Shown here piece by piece: positions 37,383 through 47,025 of a stretch of DNA of 64,000 nucleotides; position 1 is the first letter of the stretch, and each line of letters begins with the position of its first letter. The notes below the pieces were generated by a model. It ran no database searches. It saw only the letters and a program-made list of their open reading frames with translations, and was not told where the DNA came from. The stretch covers positions 286,590 through 350,589 of the forward strand of contig JAIOIE010000018.1 in assembly GCA_019912665.1 (NCBI GenBank). The letters run 5' to 3'. The stretch comes from Deltaproteobacteria bacterium. Lineage in GTDB: Bacteria; Desulfobacterota; GWC2-55-46. The position numbers and the translations under genes are program-made.

Positions 37383-38417
37383 CTACGGCAATAACCCCTT
37401 GAGCGAGCCGTAGAACGCCCTCATGGGCGCGGTCAGTTTTCTGCTGAATGCCTGGAATATCGAATGGCGTTTTCTCGTAAACCCGGCGAATGTCTCAAGG
37501 GCCCTCAAGACCCTGAAGTCGTCCTGGGGGTCAGTGACAAGGAGTTGATGGAGGAATCCGATGGCATACCTTTCGTGGCATTTGATAACGAACTCGGGTA
37601 CGCCGGCTGTCCTTTGCATGCTCAAGTCACGGGCTGAAAACCGGAGATGGGCATAAGGATAGGTCTTCAGGGCCGTGCCAAGGACCGCGTCGGAGCGGCC
37701 CTGCCAGTAAAAACGCTGGCAGAACCACCTCTTGCTGAGCCTCGATTTGGAAATCTTGTGGTGCACTACGGCCCCTGGCACAAGGACTATCCGCCTCCCC
37801 TTCCGCCTGATCGTCCTGCAAAGGAGTATCTCCTCGTTCGACAAAAGAAGCTTCCCCTTTCTCCCCAGGTCCTCGGGGAACCCGCCGAACTCATCGAAGG
37901 CATCTCTCCTGAAAGCCATATTCGCGCCCCAGGGGTTGTCGTTCTCGTCCTTGAACTCGTTACCGCTCCTTCGGGCCTCCCTGAACTCGCTTACGGCAAT
38001 GAAGCCCAGGAACTCATCGGTTAGCCATTCGGGCCTTTTCCCCGGCCAGACCGGCCTTAAAGGTCCTCCGGCAGCATATACCTCCGGGTCCTTGAAAGCG
38101 ATGTCATATTCCTTGAGCCAGCTCGGGTCAGCCTCTATGTCGTCGTCCGTGAAGACTATAATCTCCCCTTCCGTGTGCCTTACGCCGGTATTCCTGGCGT
38201 TCGACAGTCCCTGCCTTCTCTCAAAAACGTACTTTATCCTAACCGGAGAGGATGCGGCAAAGCCCTCGACGACCTCTTTTGTCGAGTCGTTCGAATTGTT
38301 GTCCACCACGACAATTTCGTAGCGGTCCTTCGGGAAGTCCTGGCCCATTATGGAGCGCATGGAATCCTTCAGCAGGGCCGAACGGTTATATGTGCAGATA
38401 ATTACGGATATCCTCAT
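37383..38417 (-). CDS. glycosyltransferase family 2
   Basis: ISVIICTYNRSALL, VVDNNSNDST and DDD motifs typical of GT2. Confidence 0.8.
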   Translation of the reverse strand: MRISVIICTYNRSALLKDSMRSIMGQDFPKDRYEIVVVDNNSNDSTKEVVEGFAASSPVRIKYVFERRQGLSNARNTGVRHTEGEIIVFTDDDIEADPSWLKEYDIAFKDPEVYAAGGPLRPVWPGKRPEWLTDEFLGFIAVSEFREARRSGNEFKDENDNPWGANMAFRRDAFDEFGGFPEDLGRKGKLLLSNEEILLCRTIRRKGRRIVLVPGAVVHHKISKSRLSKRWFCQRFYWQGRSDAVLGTALKTYPYAHLRFSARDLSMQRTAGVPEFVIKCHERYAIGFLHQLLVTDPQDDFRVLRALETFAGFTRKRHSIFQAFSRKLTAPMRAFYGSLKGLLP

Positions 38418-38451
38418 CCTTGCTCCTTAGGCCGGGCAAGCCAGGACGCTT

Positions 38452-39324
38452 TCATCTTACATACCTCTTCGTGAAATGATTCCCCTTGAATATGAATACC
38501 GGCCTTATGAGCGGGAAAAGAAATTCGGCGGGCCGCCGCATCTCAAGCCGCATGAGGCCGCGGAGATAGCCGAGCATCATGCCGAAGTTGAAAAAATCCA
38601 GGACCATATCGCCGAAAGAATATGCCTGGCCGACATTCCTCCAGCCAAGGCCCTCGTTTTCGCACCTTTTGGCAAGTTCAACGATGCCGTACTGGTGCGA
38701 ATGGAATACAGCGGCCTTCTCCTGCATTATTATCCTCTCTCCCTTTTCCCGGAGTTTTTTCTGGAAGACCTTGTCCTCGCTCATCTCTACCTGGCCGAGC
38801 CTGTTCGCATCCCAGACGCTCCTCCGGACGGCGCAGCAGACGAAGGACAGCCCGATGCCCCCGTGCTTTCTTATCCAGCCCTTGCATTCCCTTGTGTAAT
38901 AAAAGAGGCCGGCCTTGAGCCAGTAAAATGCGTCCGCGACAGGCAGGCGCTCCCGGGCCTGCACGGCCGCTACGGACGGGTCGTCGAAAGGAGCGACAAT
39001 GTCCTTGAGCCAGCTTTTCCCGACCGGCACCGCGTCCTGCGAGAGCGTAACGACTATCTCGCCCTTAGCAAGGGAAAAGCCGTAGTCGCGCGTGAGCCCG
39101 AAATTGAACTCGTCGGGCTTAATAGAATGCACCATTACAGGGCGCGCCCTCATCGCTTCGAGCGTCCCGTCGGTGGAGCCGGAATCAACGGCTATAACCT
39201 CGAACTCAAAAGGCGCTTCCTGCGAAAGGACGGATTCAAGGGATTCCCGGAATACAGCGCCCCCGTTCCTGGTCAGGTATATTATAGAGGCTTTAACGCC
39301 CACGACTGCTGCCTTATCATACAA
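38452..39324 (-). CDS. glycosyltransferase family 2
   Basis: ASIIYLTRNGGAVF...VIAVDSGSTDGT with DXD-type motifs, typical of GT2. Confidence 0.75.
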   Translation of the reverse strand: MYDKAAVVGVKASIIYLTRNGGAVFRESLESVLSQEAPFEFEVIAVDSGSTDGTLEAMRARPVMVHSIKPDEFNFGLTRDYGFSLAKGEIVVTLSQDAVPVGKSWLKDIVAPFDDPSVAAVQARERLPVADAFYWLKAGLFYYTRECKGWIRKHGGIGLSFVCCAVRRSVWDANRLGQVEMSEDKVFQKKLREKGERIIMQEKAAVFHSHQYGIVELAKRCENEGLGWRNVGQAYSFGDMVLDFFNFGMMLGYLRGLMRLEMRRPAEFLFPLIRPVFIFKGNHFTKRYVR

Positions 39325-39334
39325 AGGCCTGGAT

Positions 39335-40600
39335 TCATCCCTGTCTTACGGCCCTCTCCTCTATTTTAAGGAATATCTCACTTAATATCCCGCCCACTAT
39401 CTCAGGCGAATAATTATTTCTCATGTAATTGAAGCTGTTCTCCGTCACTGCCCTGTAAAGCGCTTCATCCTCGCTGAGCCTCAATATACAATCCGAGAAG
39501 GCCTCGGGCGTGTCGCCCACCATTATATCTTCCCCTATCCGCGCATCCATACCCTGCACCCCTATGGAGGTCGTAACGACCGGCAGCCCTATGGACATTG
39601 CCTCGCCTATCTTGCCCTTGAGGCCCGCGCCGTAACGGAGCGGAGCTATTGATATGTAGCTCGTCCGGAGATAAGGCATGGTGTCCGGAACGCGTCCGGT
39701 TACCTCTATTGAATCCGACCGGAGGGCGGTGATCGAGGGCGGAGGGCTGTCGCCGACGATCCTGAGCCTAACTCCCGGCAATCGCTTCCTTACGAGCGGC
39801 AGCACCTCGCCGCAGAAATAAAGCACCGCGTCCTCGTTCGGCCTGTGCCTGAACCCGCCGACGAATACGAGGACACCCCTTTCCCTTTCGGAAGCGTCAG
39901 ACGGGCCGGCGCTCATCTCATGCACGTTGGGGACAATGGCGACATTCAGCCCCGGCTTCTCGGAAAGGAGTATGTCCCTGTCGAGCCCGGTGACCGTCCA
40001 CACCATATCGGATTTTTTGTATACAGCGAGTTCTTTCCTTTTCGTCTCAAGGGCGCCACGGCGCATTTCGTCATCAGCATAGACCTCGGCCATCTTCATC
40101 TCGCGGTAGAAAAAAACGTCGACCGAGTCGGTGATTATGAACGTACCCGGGCTCCGGGCCCTTATCTCCTCGATGTATTTATCCGCCGTCGAGTAGACCT
40201 CAAGCAGGGCGAACCGGAAATTCCCCTTTAGTATGCTCTTGAGGTTGAATCGCGCGACATGGACTATAACGCCAAGCTCCTCAAGGGCATCAACGTACTT
40301 GTCACCCCTCCCTCTCCTGTACCCTTCGTGACGCTCCCTGGAGAGATAGGTTATGTTGTAGCATCTGGACAGTAGCCTTATGATCGAAAAAAACCTGAGC
40401 TCGCCCGAGCCGCGGTCGAACTCCGGGACGAACCTGGAGATTATGAGAAGGTTCGTCTTCCCGTTATCTTCCGGAGAGTGCGGAGGAGTGGGCCGGGGAA
40501 GCAGCGACTCGCACGCGGCCCGGAAAGGCCCCATTATTTTTTTAAAGCCCTTCACCTTCATTGGTCTATATATTCCGGCTTCCGCCTCAAGCCCGCTCAA
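39335..40600 (-). CDS. glycosyltransferase family 4 (GT-B, RfaG-like)
   Basis: C-terminal GT-B domain with FVGGF..., E-x7-E region and GLPVVTT. Confidence 0.75.
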   Translation of the reverse strand: MSGLEAEAGIYRPMKVKGFKKIMGPFRAACESLLPRPTPPHSPEDNGKTNLLIISRFVPEFDRGSGELRFFSIIRLLSRCYNITYLSRERHEGYRRGRGDKYVDALEELGVIVHVARFNLKSILKGNFRFALLEVYSTADKYIEEIRARSPGTFIITDSVDVFFYREMKMAEVYADDEMRRGALETKRKELAVYKKSDMVWTVTGLDRDILLSEKPGLNVAIVPNVHEMSAGPSDASERERGVLVFVGGFRHRPNEDAVLYFCGEVLPLVRKRLPGVRLRIVGDSPPPSITALRSDSIEVTGRVPDTMPYLRTSYISIAPLRYGAGLKGKIGEAMSIGLPVVTTSIGVQGMDARIGEDIMVGDTPEAFSDCILRLSEDEALYRAVTENSFNYMRNNYSPEIVGGILSEIFLKIEERAVRQG

Positions 40601-41432
40601 AGATGGAGGTCAGATCGAATTGCGGGTTTTTGGCCCCGATAATAATGCCCTGCCGGGGAACGCCCAGTTGAGCCAACCCCTTTTCCAGATAAAACGCGGT
40701 GAACCCGATGTCGCTCATTAGGTCAAGGAGGTCCCGTCCGTAATCGCGGTATACGAGCGTCCGGCCCCCGTGGTAAACAGGCGGCAGCAGATGGCAGTCT
40801 TCATCACCCCTCGTTTCTACGCGGGTTACAGTCTTCACCATCGAATTCTCATATGGTACCTGAAGGAGAAAGACACCCTCTGCGTCGAGCACCCTGTAAA
40901 CCTCCTTCAAAGCATCCTCGTACAGCCGCACATGCTCAAGGACATCCGAAGCGATAACGACATCAAAGGAGCGGTCAGGATAGTGCAGGGACTGAAGGTC
41001 GGCATATTTTCCGCGGTCGAAGGTCCTCTTCTTTAGCACCTCGGGGTCGTACTGCGCGTTTATGTAGTCGAAAGCCCTGCTAAGATATCTGCAATACCTT
41101 GCGACCCCGCTCGCCTCGAATATCCTGACGCTCCTGTTTCTTTTAAGCCGCGCCAGAGGCTCTTCTTTGAATCCAAGCACCATCCCGAGCGTATAGGCCA
41201 GAAACCTGTTCCTGCTCGTCGAATTGCACAAGGGGCAGCGGAAGCTTTCCCTCGGGCTTGCTGGCTCGACGTCCTCGAAGGCGACCTCGCTGCCGCATAT
41301 ATTGCAATTGCCCCTGGGCGACCCCGGGCGCTCCGCCCGGAACCGGTAGGTCATTCTCCTCGAAAGGTTCTCAAGTTCGCCGTAAATATCTCTTATTAAT
41401 TGCGCTCTCAAAATGCGCCGCAGCCCTGCCAA
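40587..41432 (-). CDS. class I SAM-dependent methyltransferase with N-terminal zinc ribbon
   Basis: CNICG...CPLC zinc ribbon followed by Methyltransf_11-like core (VVIASDVLEHV...VLDAEGVFLLQVP). Confidence 0.75.
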   Translation of the reverse strand: MAGLRRILRAQLIRDIYGELENLSRRMTYRFRAERPGSPRGNCNICGSEVAFEDVEPASPRESFRCPLCNSTSRNRFLAYTLGMVLGFKEEPLARLKRNRSVRIFEASGVARYCRYLSRAFDYINAQYDPEVLKKRTFDRGKYADLQSLHYPDRSFDVVIASDVLEHVRLYEDALKEVYRVLDAEGVFLLQVPYENSMVKTVTRVETRGDEDCHLLPPVYHGGRTLVYRDYGRDLLDLMSDIGFTAFYLEKGLAQLGVPRQGIIIGAKNPQFDLTSIFERA

Positions 41433-41467
41433 AATAGGACCCCTGAATAAGGCTCTCTCATATGTGA

Positions 41468-42490
41468 TTATTCCCTTCCGAATATGCCCAGGAACTCGGT
41501 CGGGCGGAGCGCTTTTGACTCGACGCTCCTGTCGTCCTCTCCGATAAGGTAATCAAGGATACCTCTGGCCTCCGCCGTATCCTCGGAGAGGTTCCTTCCC
41601 AGAACGGGATGGGTCGCGATGAACCTGATGAACGCGTTGTGGGGATAGACGAATTTGGCTTTCATGTGCTCAAGTAGGATGCCGTACAGTTCCTCCTGCC
41701 TGACACCCTCCATGCCTTCGCCCTTGCTAGGAGAGATCTTCTTTACGAGGCGGCCTCTCTCGTCCCTCCTGAACCTCTCCGGTATTTCCCGGACGAGCCC
41801 GTTAAGGTACTTGAGGTTCTCGTCCCAGAGGATCACGCGGTTTTTGCCGATAATATCGGCTATATAAAACTCCCCATCGTCCGTGAGGGCCCTGTTTATC
41901 TGCTCGAAGAGGTGCTCGAGGTTCATTATATGATGAAGGGATGCCTGCGAAAAGACGAAATCAAATCCGCCCTCGGGCAGGGATATGTAGTTCAGGTCGG
42001 CGCACTCGAATTTTATATTCAGCTTCTCGCGAGCCGCCGTCTCGCGCGCCGTCTTCAATATGTTCTCGTTCAGGTCGAGCGCGGTTATATGGTAGCCGGT
42101 CCTAAGCCTTCTCGCCAGGCCCAGCTCGTGCCCCCCGTGGCCGCATCCCAGGCTCAGTATCCTGGGCCTCTCCATCGCGTTCGCGTTTTTTTCCATGAGG
42201 GGCCATATGTTGGAACAGCCCAGGAGCTTCTCGACCCTCCTGTTCACGTGCTTCCAATAATAATGCCACGCGCCGAAGTCATGTATCCCGCCGAGCTTCA
42301 GGTCCTTCGTAATCTCGACGCTGCTGTACTCGGCTATCTCTTCCTGCACGAGCTTCTTATACTCCGGGTTGTCGCACCTGTCGCCCCTGACCTTACCGAC
42401 CTGCCAGGGGTGCTTTATGGACGGGGCCGCATCGGGCGCGCCCCTTTCGGCGAACTTACCGGTAAGAATAGAGAAGAGCTTGTTCAGCAC
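41468..42490 (-). CDS. class I SAM-dependent methyltransferase
   Basis: ILSLGCGHGGHELGLARRL and FDFVFSQASLHHI motifs. Confidence 0.75.
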   Translation of the reverse strand: MLNKLFSILTGKFAERGAPDAAPSIKHPWQVGKVRGDRCDNPEYKKLVQEEIAEYSSVEITKDLKLGGIHDFGAWHYYWKHVNRRVEKLLGCSNIWPLMEKNANAMERPRILSLGCGHGGHELGLARRLRTGYHITALDLNENILKTARETAAREKLNIKFECADLNYISLPEGGFDFVFSQASLHHIMNLEHLFEQINRALTDDGEFYIADIIGKNRVILWDENLKYLNGLVREIPERFRRDERGRLVKKISPSKGEGMEGVRQEELYGILLEHMKAKFVYPHNAFIRFIATHPVLGRNLSEDTAEARGILDYLIGEDDRSVESKALRPTEFLGIFGRE

Positions 42491-42509
42491 GGCTGCTCCA
42501 TCGGCATGG

Positions 42510-42728
42510 TCAGGACTTTTTCATCATCCCGAGTATGCGCCGTAACGGCGCGGTCAACTTCCAGCTCCATGAATTCAGAACGCACTGGAGCTGGCGGTCC
42601 TTCTCGGCAAGCTCGCCTGTGAGCCTCCGGTTACGCTCGACGAGATTACGGAGCCTCTCTCCCATTTCTCCGGGAGTGAACTCCCATTCGGCTTTATTTC
42701 CTGTGTTCTTCATTTCTATATTCTTCAA
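42510..42728 (-). CDS. small coiled-coil protein carrying the C-terminal NSWSWKLTAPLRR module
   Basis: 67-72 aa (ATG at complement 42711-42713, or TTG at 42726-42728). Nearly identical over about 30 aa to the C-terminus of the upstream GT4 (ELAEKDRQLQCVLNSWSWKLTAPLRRIL). Separated from the GT4 stop by 1 nt. Confidence 0.45.
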   Translation of the reverse strand: MKNIEMKNTGNKAEWEFTPGEMGERLRNLVERNRRLTGELAEKDRQLQCVLNSWSWKLTAPLRRILGMMKKS

Positions 42729-42729
42729 G

Positions 42730-44142
42730 TCAGGGCTTCCTTACGCCCTCAAGAACACGGCGGAGCGGCCCTGTTACTTTCCAGCTCCAGGAATTGAGGA
42801 GCGCCTGTATCTGGCGGTCCTTCTCGGCTATCTGGCGGTCCTTCTCAGCAAGCTCGCGCTCCATTTTAGCCAGCTTGTTTATTTGCATGAAAATCCCATA
42901 CAGCTCGTCCATTCCGGTTATAGCGGCGATATCATGGACCAGCCTTTCGTTAGTCGAAGGCCGGGGAGCTTCCTTTGCGTAACGCCCGTAAACTTCCCTG
43001 AATACGTGTTCGATCCCTGAAATATAATTCTCTTTTGTGAAGACCTTCAGGACGCGCTCCCTGCCGGCGGCTCCCATCTTTTCCGCAAGCGCCGGCTCCC
43101 CGAGTATCTTCGTTATGGCCGCAGCCATCCTGTCCGGGGCGCGCACGGGGACAAGGAGACCTGTCACACCGTCCACCACTATCTCGGGCGACGCGCCGGT
43201 ATTCGTCGCGACCACGGGTTTTCCAGCGGCCATCGCCTCGATGGTCGTTCTCCCGAAAGGCTCGCCAAGCGAGGCGACGACTATTATGTCGAGTTCGCTG
43301 AAGACCTCGGGCATGTCGTTTCGGAAATCAACGAATATGACGGAATCTCCGAGGCCTTGCTCTTCTATAAGTCCGAGCAGGACGGGCTTGTACTCGCGGT
43401 CGGGCTGCCCGATTATCAGGAGCTTCGCCTTGCTCTTTTCCTTTTTAAGATAAGCGAACGCGTTTACGAGGTCTTCATGGTTCTTGTGCCTGTGTATTGT
43501 GCCGATTATCCCGACAAGGGGGCAGTCCGGGCTGATGCCCAGCTCCTTGTGGAGTTTCCCGGATGGCTTTGCGCTCACGAACGCGCCGGTATCGACCGCA
43601 TTGTAAACGACCGAGATCTTGCCCTCCGGGGCTGACGGGAACTGCGCCGCCACGCTCTTCGAGTTGGTTATGAGACGGTCGGAAAGGTATTCGACAATGC
43701 TGAACGTCGCGTCGATGCTGAAAGGGCCCCTTAGAGGGTGGTCTTTCAACACCTCCCTTATGTGCCAGACATGCGGCTTTCCCGCGAGCCTTGCCGCTAT
43801 CGCGCCCGATATCCTGGTGATGGTGTTAGTGTAGACTATGTCTATCGACTCGTCCCGTATGAGATTTACGAGAGGCTCGACAATCTTAAGCTCGCTAACG
43901 AACCCGGCCGTTACCTCCAAAAGAGAAGCCGAGCGTATCCAGGGAGCCGGCGACTCAAGCACGACTCTTTTCAGGCCAAGGCCGTCGACCTTCTCGACAA
44001 GCGCGCCTTTTCCGGCCGGGAACACGACTATGGGCTCAAAAACGCTCCTGTCCATGTGCCGGAGGAGAAAGAACATGCTCTGCTCGGCGCCGTAGAACGC
44101 GGAGGAATGGGACATGAAGAGGATTTTTGTTTTTTTATTCAT
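42730..44142 (-). CDS. glycosyltransferase family 4 with C-terminal coiled-coil and NSWSWKVTGPLRR module
   Basis: GT-B core with EGFG-like motifs and GKPVVATN, then a coiled-coil with tandem EKDRQI repeat, ending LNSWSWKVTGPLRRVLEGVRKP. Confidence 0.8.
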   Translation of the reverse strand: MNKKTKILFMSHSSAFYGAEQSMFFLLRHMDRSVFEPIVVFPAGKGALVEKVDGLGLKRVVLESPAPWIRSASLLEVTAGFVSELKIVEPLVNLIRDESIDIVYTNTITRISGAIAARLAGKPHVWHIREVLKDHPLRGPFSIDATFSIVEYLSDRLITNSKSVAAQFPSAPEGKISVVYNAVDTGAFVSAKPSGKLHKELGISPDCPLVGIIGTIHRHKNHEDLVNAFAYLKKEKSKAKLLIIGQPDREYKPVLLGLIEEQGLGDSVIFVDFRNDMPEVFSELDIIVVASLGEPFGRTTIEAMAAGKPVVATNTGASPEIVVDGVTGLLVPVRAPDRMAAAITKILGEPALAEKMGAAGRERVLKVFTKENYISGIEHVFREVYGRYAKEAPRPSTNERLVHDIAAITGMDELYGIFMQINKLAKMERELAEKDRQIAEKDRQIQALLNSWSWKVTGPLRRVLEGVRKP

Positions 44143-44159
44143 GGCAATTTACGTAAAAC

Positions 44160-45218
44160 CTAAAAGGTGCCGAACGCCTTTTTTGATATCTCCGCCGACC
44201 TCTCCCAGCTGTAAGCCAGCGCCTTTTGACGAGCCGCCTCGGCAGCCTTCGCGTAATCGACCGACCTGACCATCTGCATGGCATTGAACAGGTTTTCGTT
44301 CGCCTCGTCCGGCGAATACTTTACACCGCAGCTATCGTCCACGACTTCGGAGATTATTCCCATATCAGGGGCTACCACGGGCTTACTGAAAGTCAACGCC
44401 AGGAAGAGGTTGCCGGACGTGAACACCTGTTTATAGGGGAGCAGCACGGCATCCGAGGCGTTGAAGAAATACTGCACTTCGTTTCTTTCTATGAACCTGA
44501 GGAAAGGGAATATCCTGGTGTTTGACATTGCCTCGGCTGAGAGGAACTCGCCCAGGTGCTTGTCTTTCGGGTTCCCGGCGACGATGAGGACCGCGCCCTT
44601 GTCATCCATCTTTTTGAAGGCCTGTATCGCGTTCTCTATCCCCTTGTACGGCCTTACCGGCCCGAAGAGGAGGTAAACGAATGCGCCCGGCGGGATACCG
44701 AGCCTCTCCCGAGCTTCCTCCCTGCCGCATTTATTCTCAAAAACAGCGCTGAAATTGCCGTGGGGTATTATGTAAACATCATTCTTTCTGAGAAAATAGC
44801 GGGACAGCATCTCCTTCGCCTCAACGAAATGCACGAATACGACATCCGAAAAACACGACATGGCAAGCCTTCCGGCGTATTCGAGCGCCATATTGTTCCG
44901 CTCGTGGGGGAAGAGGTTGTGCACCGTCCACGCTATCTTATATCCCATTGATTTGGCGCGGCGGAGGTTCAGGATGAAAAGCAGAAGTTTTTTCAAAAAA
45001 ACAAGAGGGTTCCTGTCCGAGTACAAATAAGCCGGCCAGTGGAAATGCACTATCCGCACCCTGCCCCTGTTCTCCCTGAGCCAGGCAGGGCCGAAGGTTT
45101 TACCCCTCGTGTCCACTATCTTATAGCCATGCTTCTGAAGGGCGTCATAGTAAAGCCTGAAATAATAGGTGTCCTCGTCAGGCATGGGGAAGGAGGCTAT
45201 TTTTATAAATTCTGCCAT
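44160..45218 (-). CDS. glycosyltransferase (GT-B fold, GT1/GT4-like)
   Basis: 352 aa. GT-B C-terminal domain with LLPYKQVFTSGNLFLALTFSKPVVAP. Confidence 0.7.
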   Translation of the reverse strand: MAEFIKIASFPMPDEDTYYFRLYYDALQKHGYKIVDTRGKTFGPAWLRENRGRVRIVHFHWPAYLYSDRNPLVFLKKLLLFILNLRRAKSMGYKIAWTVHNLFPHERNNMALEYAGRLAMSCFSDVVFVHFVEAKEMLSRYFLRKNDVYIIPHGNFSAVFENKCGREEARERLGIPPGAFVYLLFGPVRPYKGIENAIQAFKKMDDKGAVLIVAGNPKDKHLGEFLSAEAMSNTRIFPFLRFIERNEVQYFFNASDAVLLPYKQVFTSGNLFLALTFSKPVVAPDMGIISEVVDDSCGVKYSPDEANENLFNAMQMVRSVDYAKAAEAARQKALAYSWERSAEISKKAFGTF

Positions 45219-45225
45219 TTCGCCT

Positions 45226-45990
45226 TCAGGATTTTGGACTTATTTGGGAACAATGCCCCTTTAAGGACCCAATCAGCTTGGAAAACCAGCTTGCGCAGGA
45301 AAAAGCGGCCGTATTTTTAGTGACATAATAAATATCTTCGTTAATGAGCCCGTATCTATCCACATCTTCCGAGCTTAAGGTATTCACAAAAGAATCGACA
45401 TGCACATTGAAGCCCGCCTCTTCAAGCCTTGCCTTGTATACTCCATCAAAACCATAGCGCCTTACATGGTCACCCTGTCCGAATGCCCGCTCCCTGTCTT
45501 CAGGGGTGACTATATTGGGATCCTCCAGAGTCCTATCGCCTGAAATAGGGACCTGAAGTATCGCCCAGCCTGAAGGTTTTAGCACCCTATGCAGCTCGCG
45601 CATGGCTTTTCTGTCATCGGGTATATGCTCAAGGACATGGCTGGCATAGATGACGTCAAAGGCGTTGTCGGGGTATTTTATGTCGGTTATATCCATTTGC
45701 ACCATTGCCTTGCCCGGCATCAGGTCGCCGCTGATGTATTCAAGATTCGGCAAGGCTTTCAGCATCTTGTATATCTGTCCCTCAGGTGCAATATGGAGAA
45801 TTTTCATTTTGTCCGTGAAAATGTTCGTTTTTTCCTTGAAGTAAAGCCAGATGAGCCTGTGCCTCTCAAGGGATCTGCATACAGGACATTGCGCGTTTGG
45901 CCGTTGCTTTATTCCAAAAGGCAGAAAGGACTCGGATTGTTTTCCGCAGACCGGACATTCGAAATATTTTTTAAATTCTGCTGTTTTCAT
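45226..45990 (-). CDS. class I SAM-dependent methyltransferase with N-terminal zinc ribbon (low-GC paralog of 40587-41432)
   Basis: CPVCG...CPVC ribbon, then DVIYASHVLEHIP...VLKPSGWAILQVP. About 40-45% GC versus about 62% genome background. Confidence 0.75.
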   Translation of the reverse strand: MKTAEFKKYFECPVCGKQSESFLPFGIKQRPNAQCPVCRSLERHRLIWLYFKEKTNIFTDKMKILHIAPEGQIYKMLKALPNLEYISGDLMPGKAMVQMDITDIKYPDNAFDVIYASHVLEHIPDDRKAMRELHRVLKPSGWAILQVPISGDRTLEDPNIVTPEDRERAFGQGDHVRRYGFDGVYKARLEEAGFNVHVDSFVNTLSSEDVDRYGLINEDIYYVTKNTAAFSCASWFSKLIGSLKGHCSQISPKS

Positions 45991-46071
45991 GCAAAATATC
46001 TCGGAATAATTCTTGCCTAATTAGAATCTTATAATTGCAACTTTGAATAAGAGGCTATTTGGCATTTCCAC

Positions 46072-47025
46072 TCATTTAACCCATAAACGTCGGAAGTCAA
46101 GGTTATCTCTTTTTCCGAACCTTCCACGCAAAAAGTCTAATTCCCCTGCGAGCAAGGCAAAAAGCCTTTCAATACGCTGTTCGGGGCTTCCCCATTCAAG
46201 CCACCTGAGATTTCTTTTCAGGCACTTAAGATAGGCTTTGAGGCGGGCTATGCCGCTAAGATGGCGTTTTATCAGGAGCAGGTTGTTCCTGGCGTAATAA
46301 TAAATCCAGGACGGCGCGCGGGCCGCCCGTTTGGCGCGGGATTTGCCGAAGGAAAAGGAGGTGGAGCATTTATGATATACCCTTGCGCCGGGAACGTAGA
46401 ATATTCGATATCCCGCCCTCCTTGCCCTGAGGCACCAGTCGGTCTCTTCAAAGAGCAGAAAATAATCGGGGGACATGAGGCCGACCTCGCTTATGACGCC
46501 TGCCTTTATAAGAAATGCGCAGCCCGTTATGTAATCCGTCTCGACGGCCTCGTCGAATTTACCATCATCCGGCCTGCCGCCGCCCCTGTGAGAGGAGCCC
46601 TTGTCGAAATCGACGATACCGCCCGCGAACCATATCCTACCGGGCTCAGAATAAAAAAGGATCTTCGGCCCGACTATGCCGACTTTTTCGTCCTTTTCCG
46701 CGAAATCGACCAGATGGCCCAATGCGTCAGGCTCTATGGTCGTGTCGTTATTCAGTAAAAAGACATATTCCGCGCCGTTCTTAAGCGCGTATCTTATTCC
46801 GACGTTATTGCCTTCCGCGAAGCCGAGGTTCTCCCCGGTCTCTATCAGGCGCAACCCCGGAAACTTCTCCTTTATCGCCTCCACGGAGCCGTCGCTTGAG
46901 CCGTTGTCCACGACTATGGTCTCGAAATTGGGATACGAGAGCTTGCCGACGGACTCAAGGCACTCGATCGTGTCCTTTTTTCCGTTCCAGTTAAGGATGA
47001 TAAGGTGGACCTTCGGGCGGTTCAT
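46072..47025 (-). CDS. glycosyltransferase family 2
   Basis: Start at MNRPKVHLIILNWNGKKDT (ATG complement 47023-47025, ATGA-overlapping the upstream MTase stop), with VVDNGSSDGS and DxD motifs. The ORF-track start at 47331 is an upstream extension. Confidence 0.8.
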   Translation of the reverse strand: MNRPKVHLIILNWNGKKDTIECLESVGKLSYPNFETIVVDNGSSDGSVEAIKEKFPGLRLIETGENLGFAEGNNVGIRYALKNGAEYVFLLNNDTTIEPDALGHLVDFAEKDEKVGIVGPKILFYSEPGRIWFAGGIVDFDKGSSHRGGGRPDDGKFDEAVETDYITGCAFLIKAGVISEVGLMSPDYFLLFEETDWCLRARRAGYRIFYVPGARVYHKCSTSFSFGKSRAKRAARAPSWIYYYARNNLLLIKRHLSGIARLKAYLKCLKRNLRWLEWGSPEQRIERLFALLAGELDFLRGRFGKRDNLDFRRLWVK

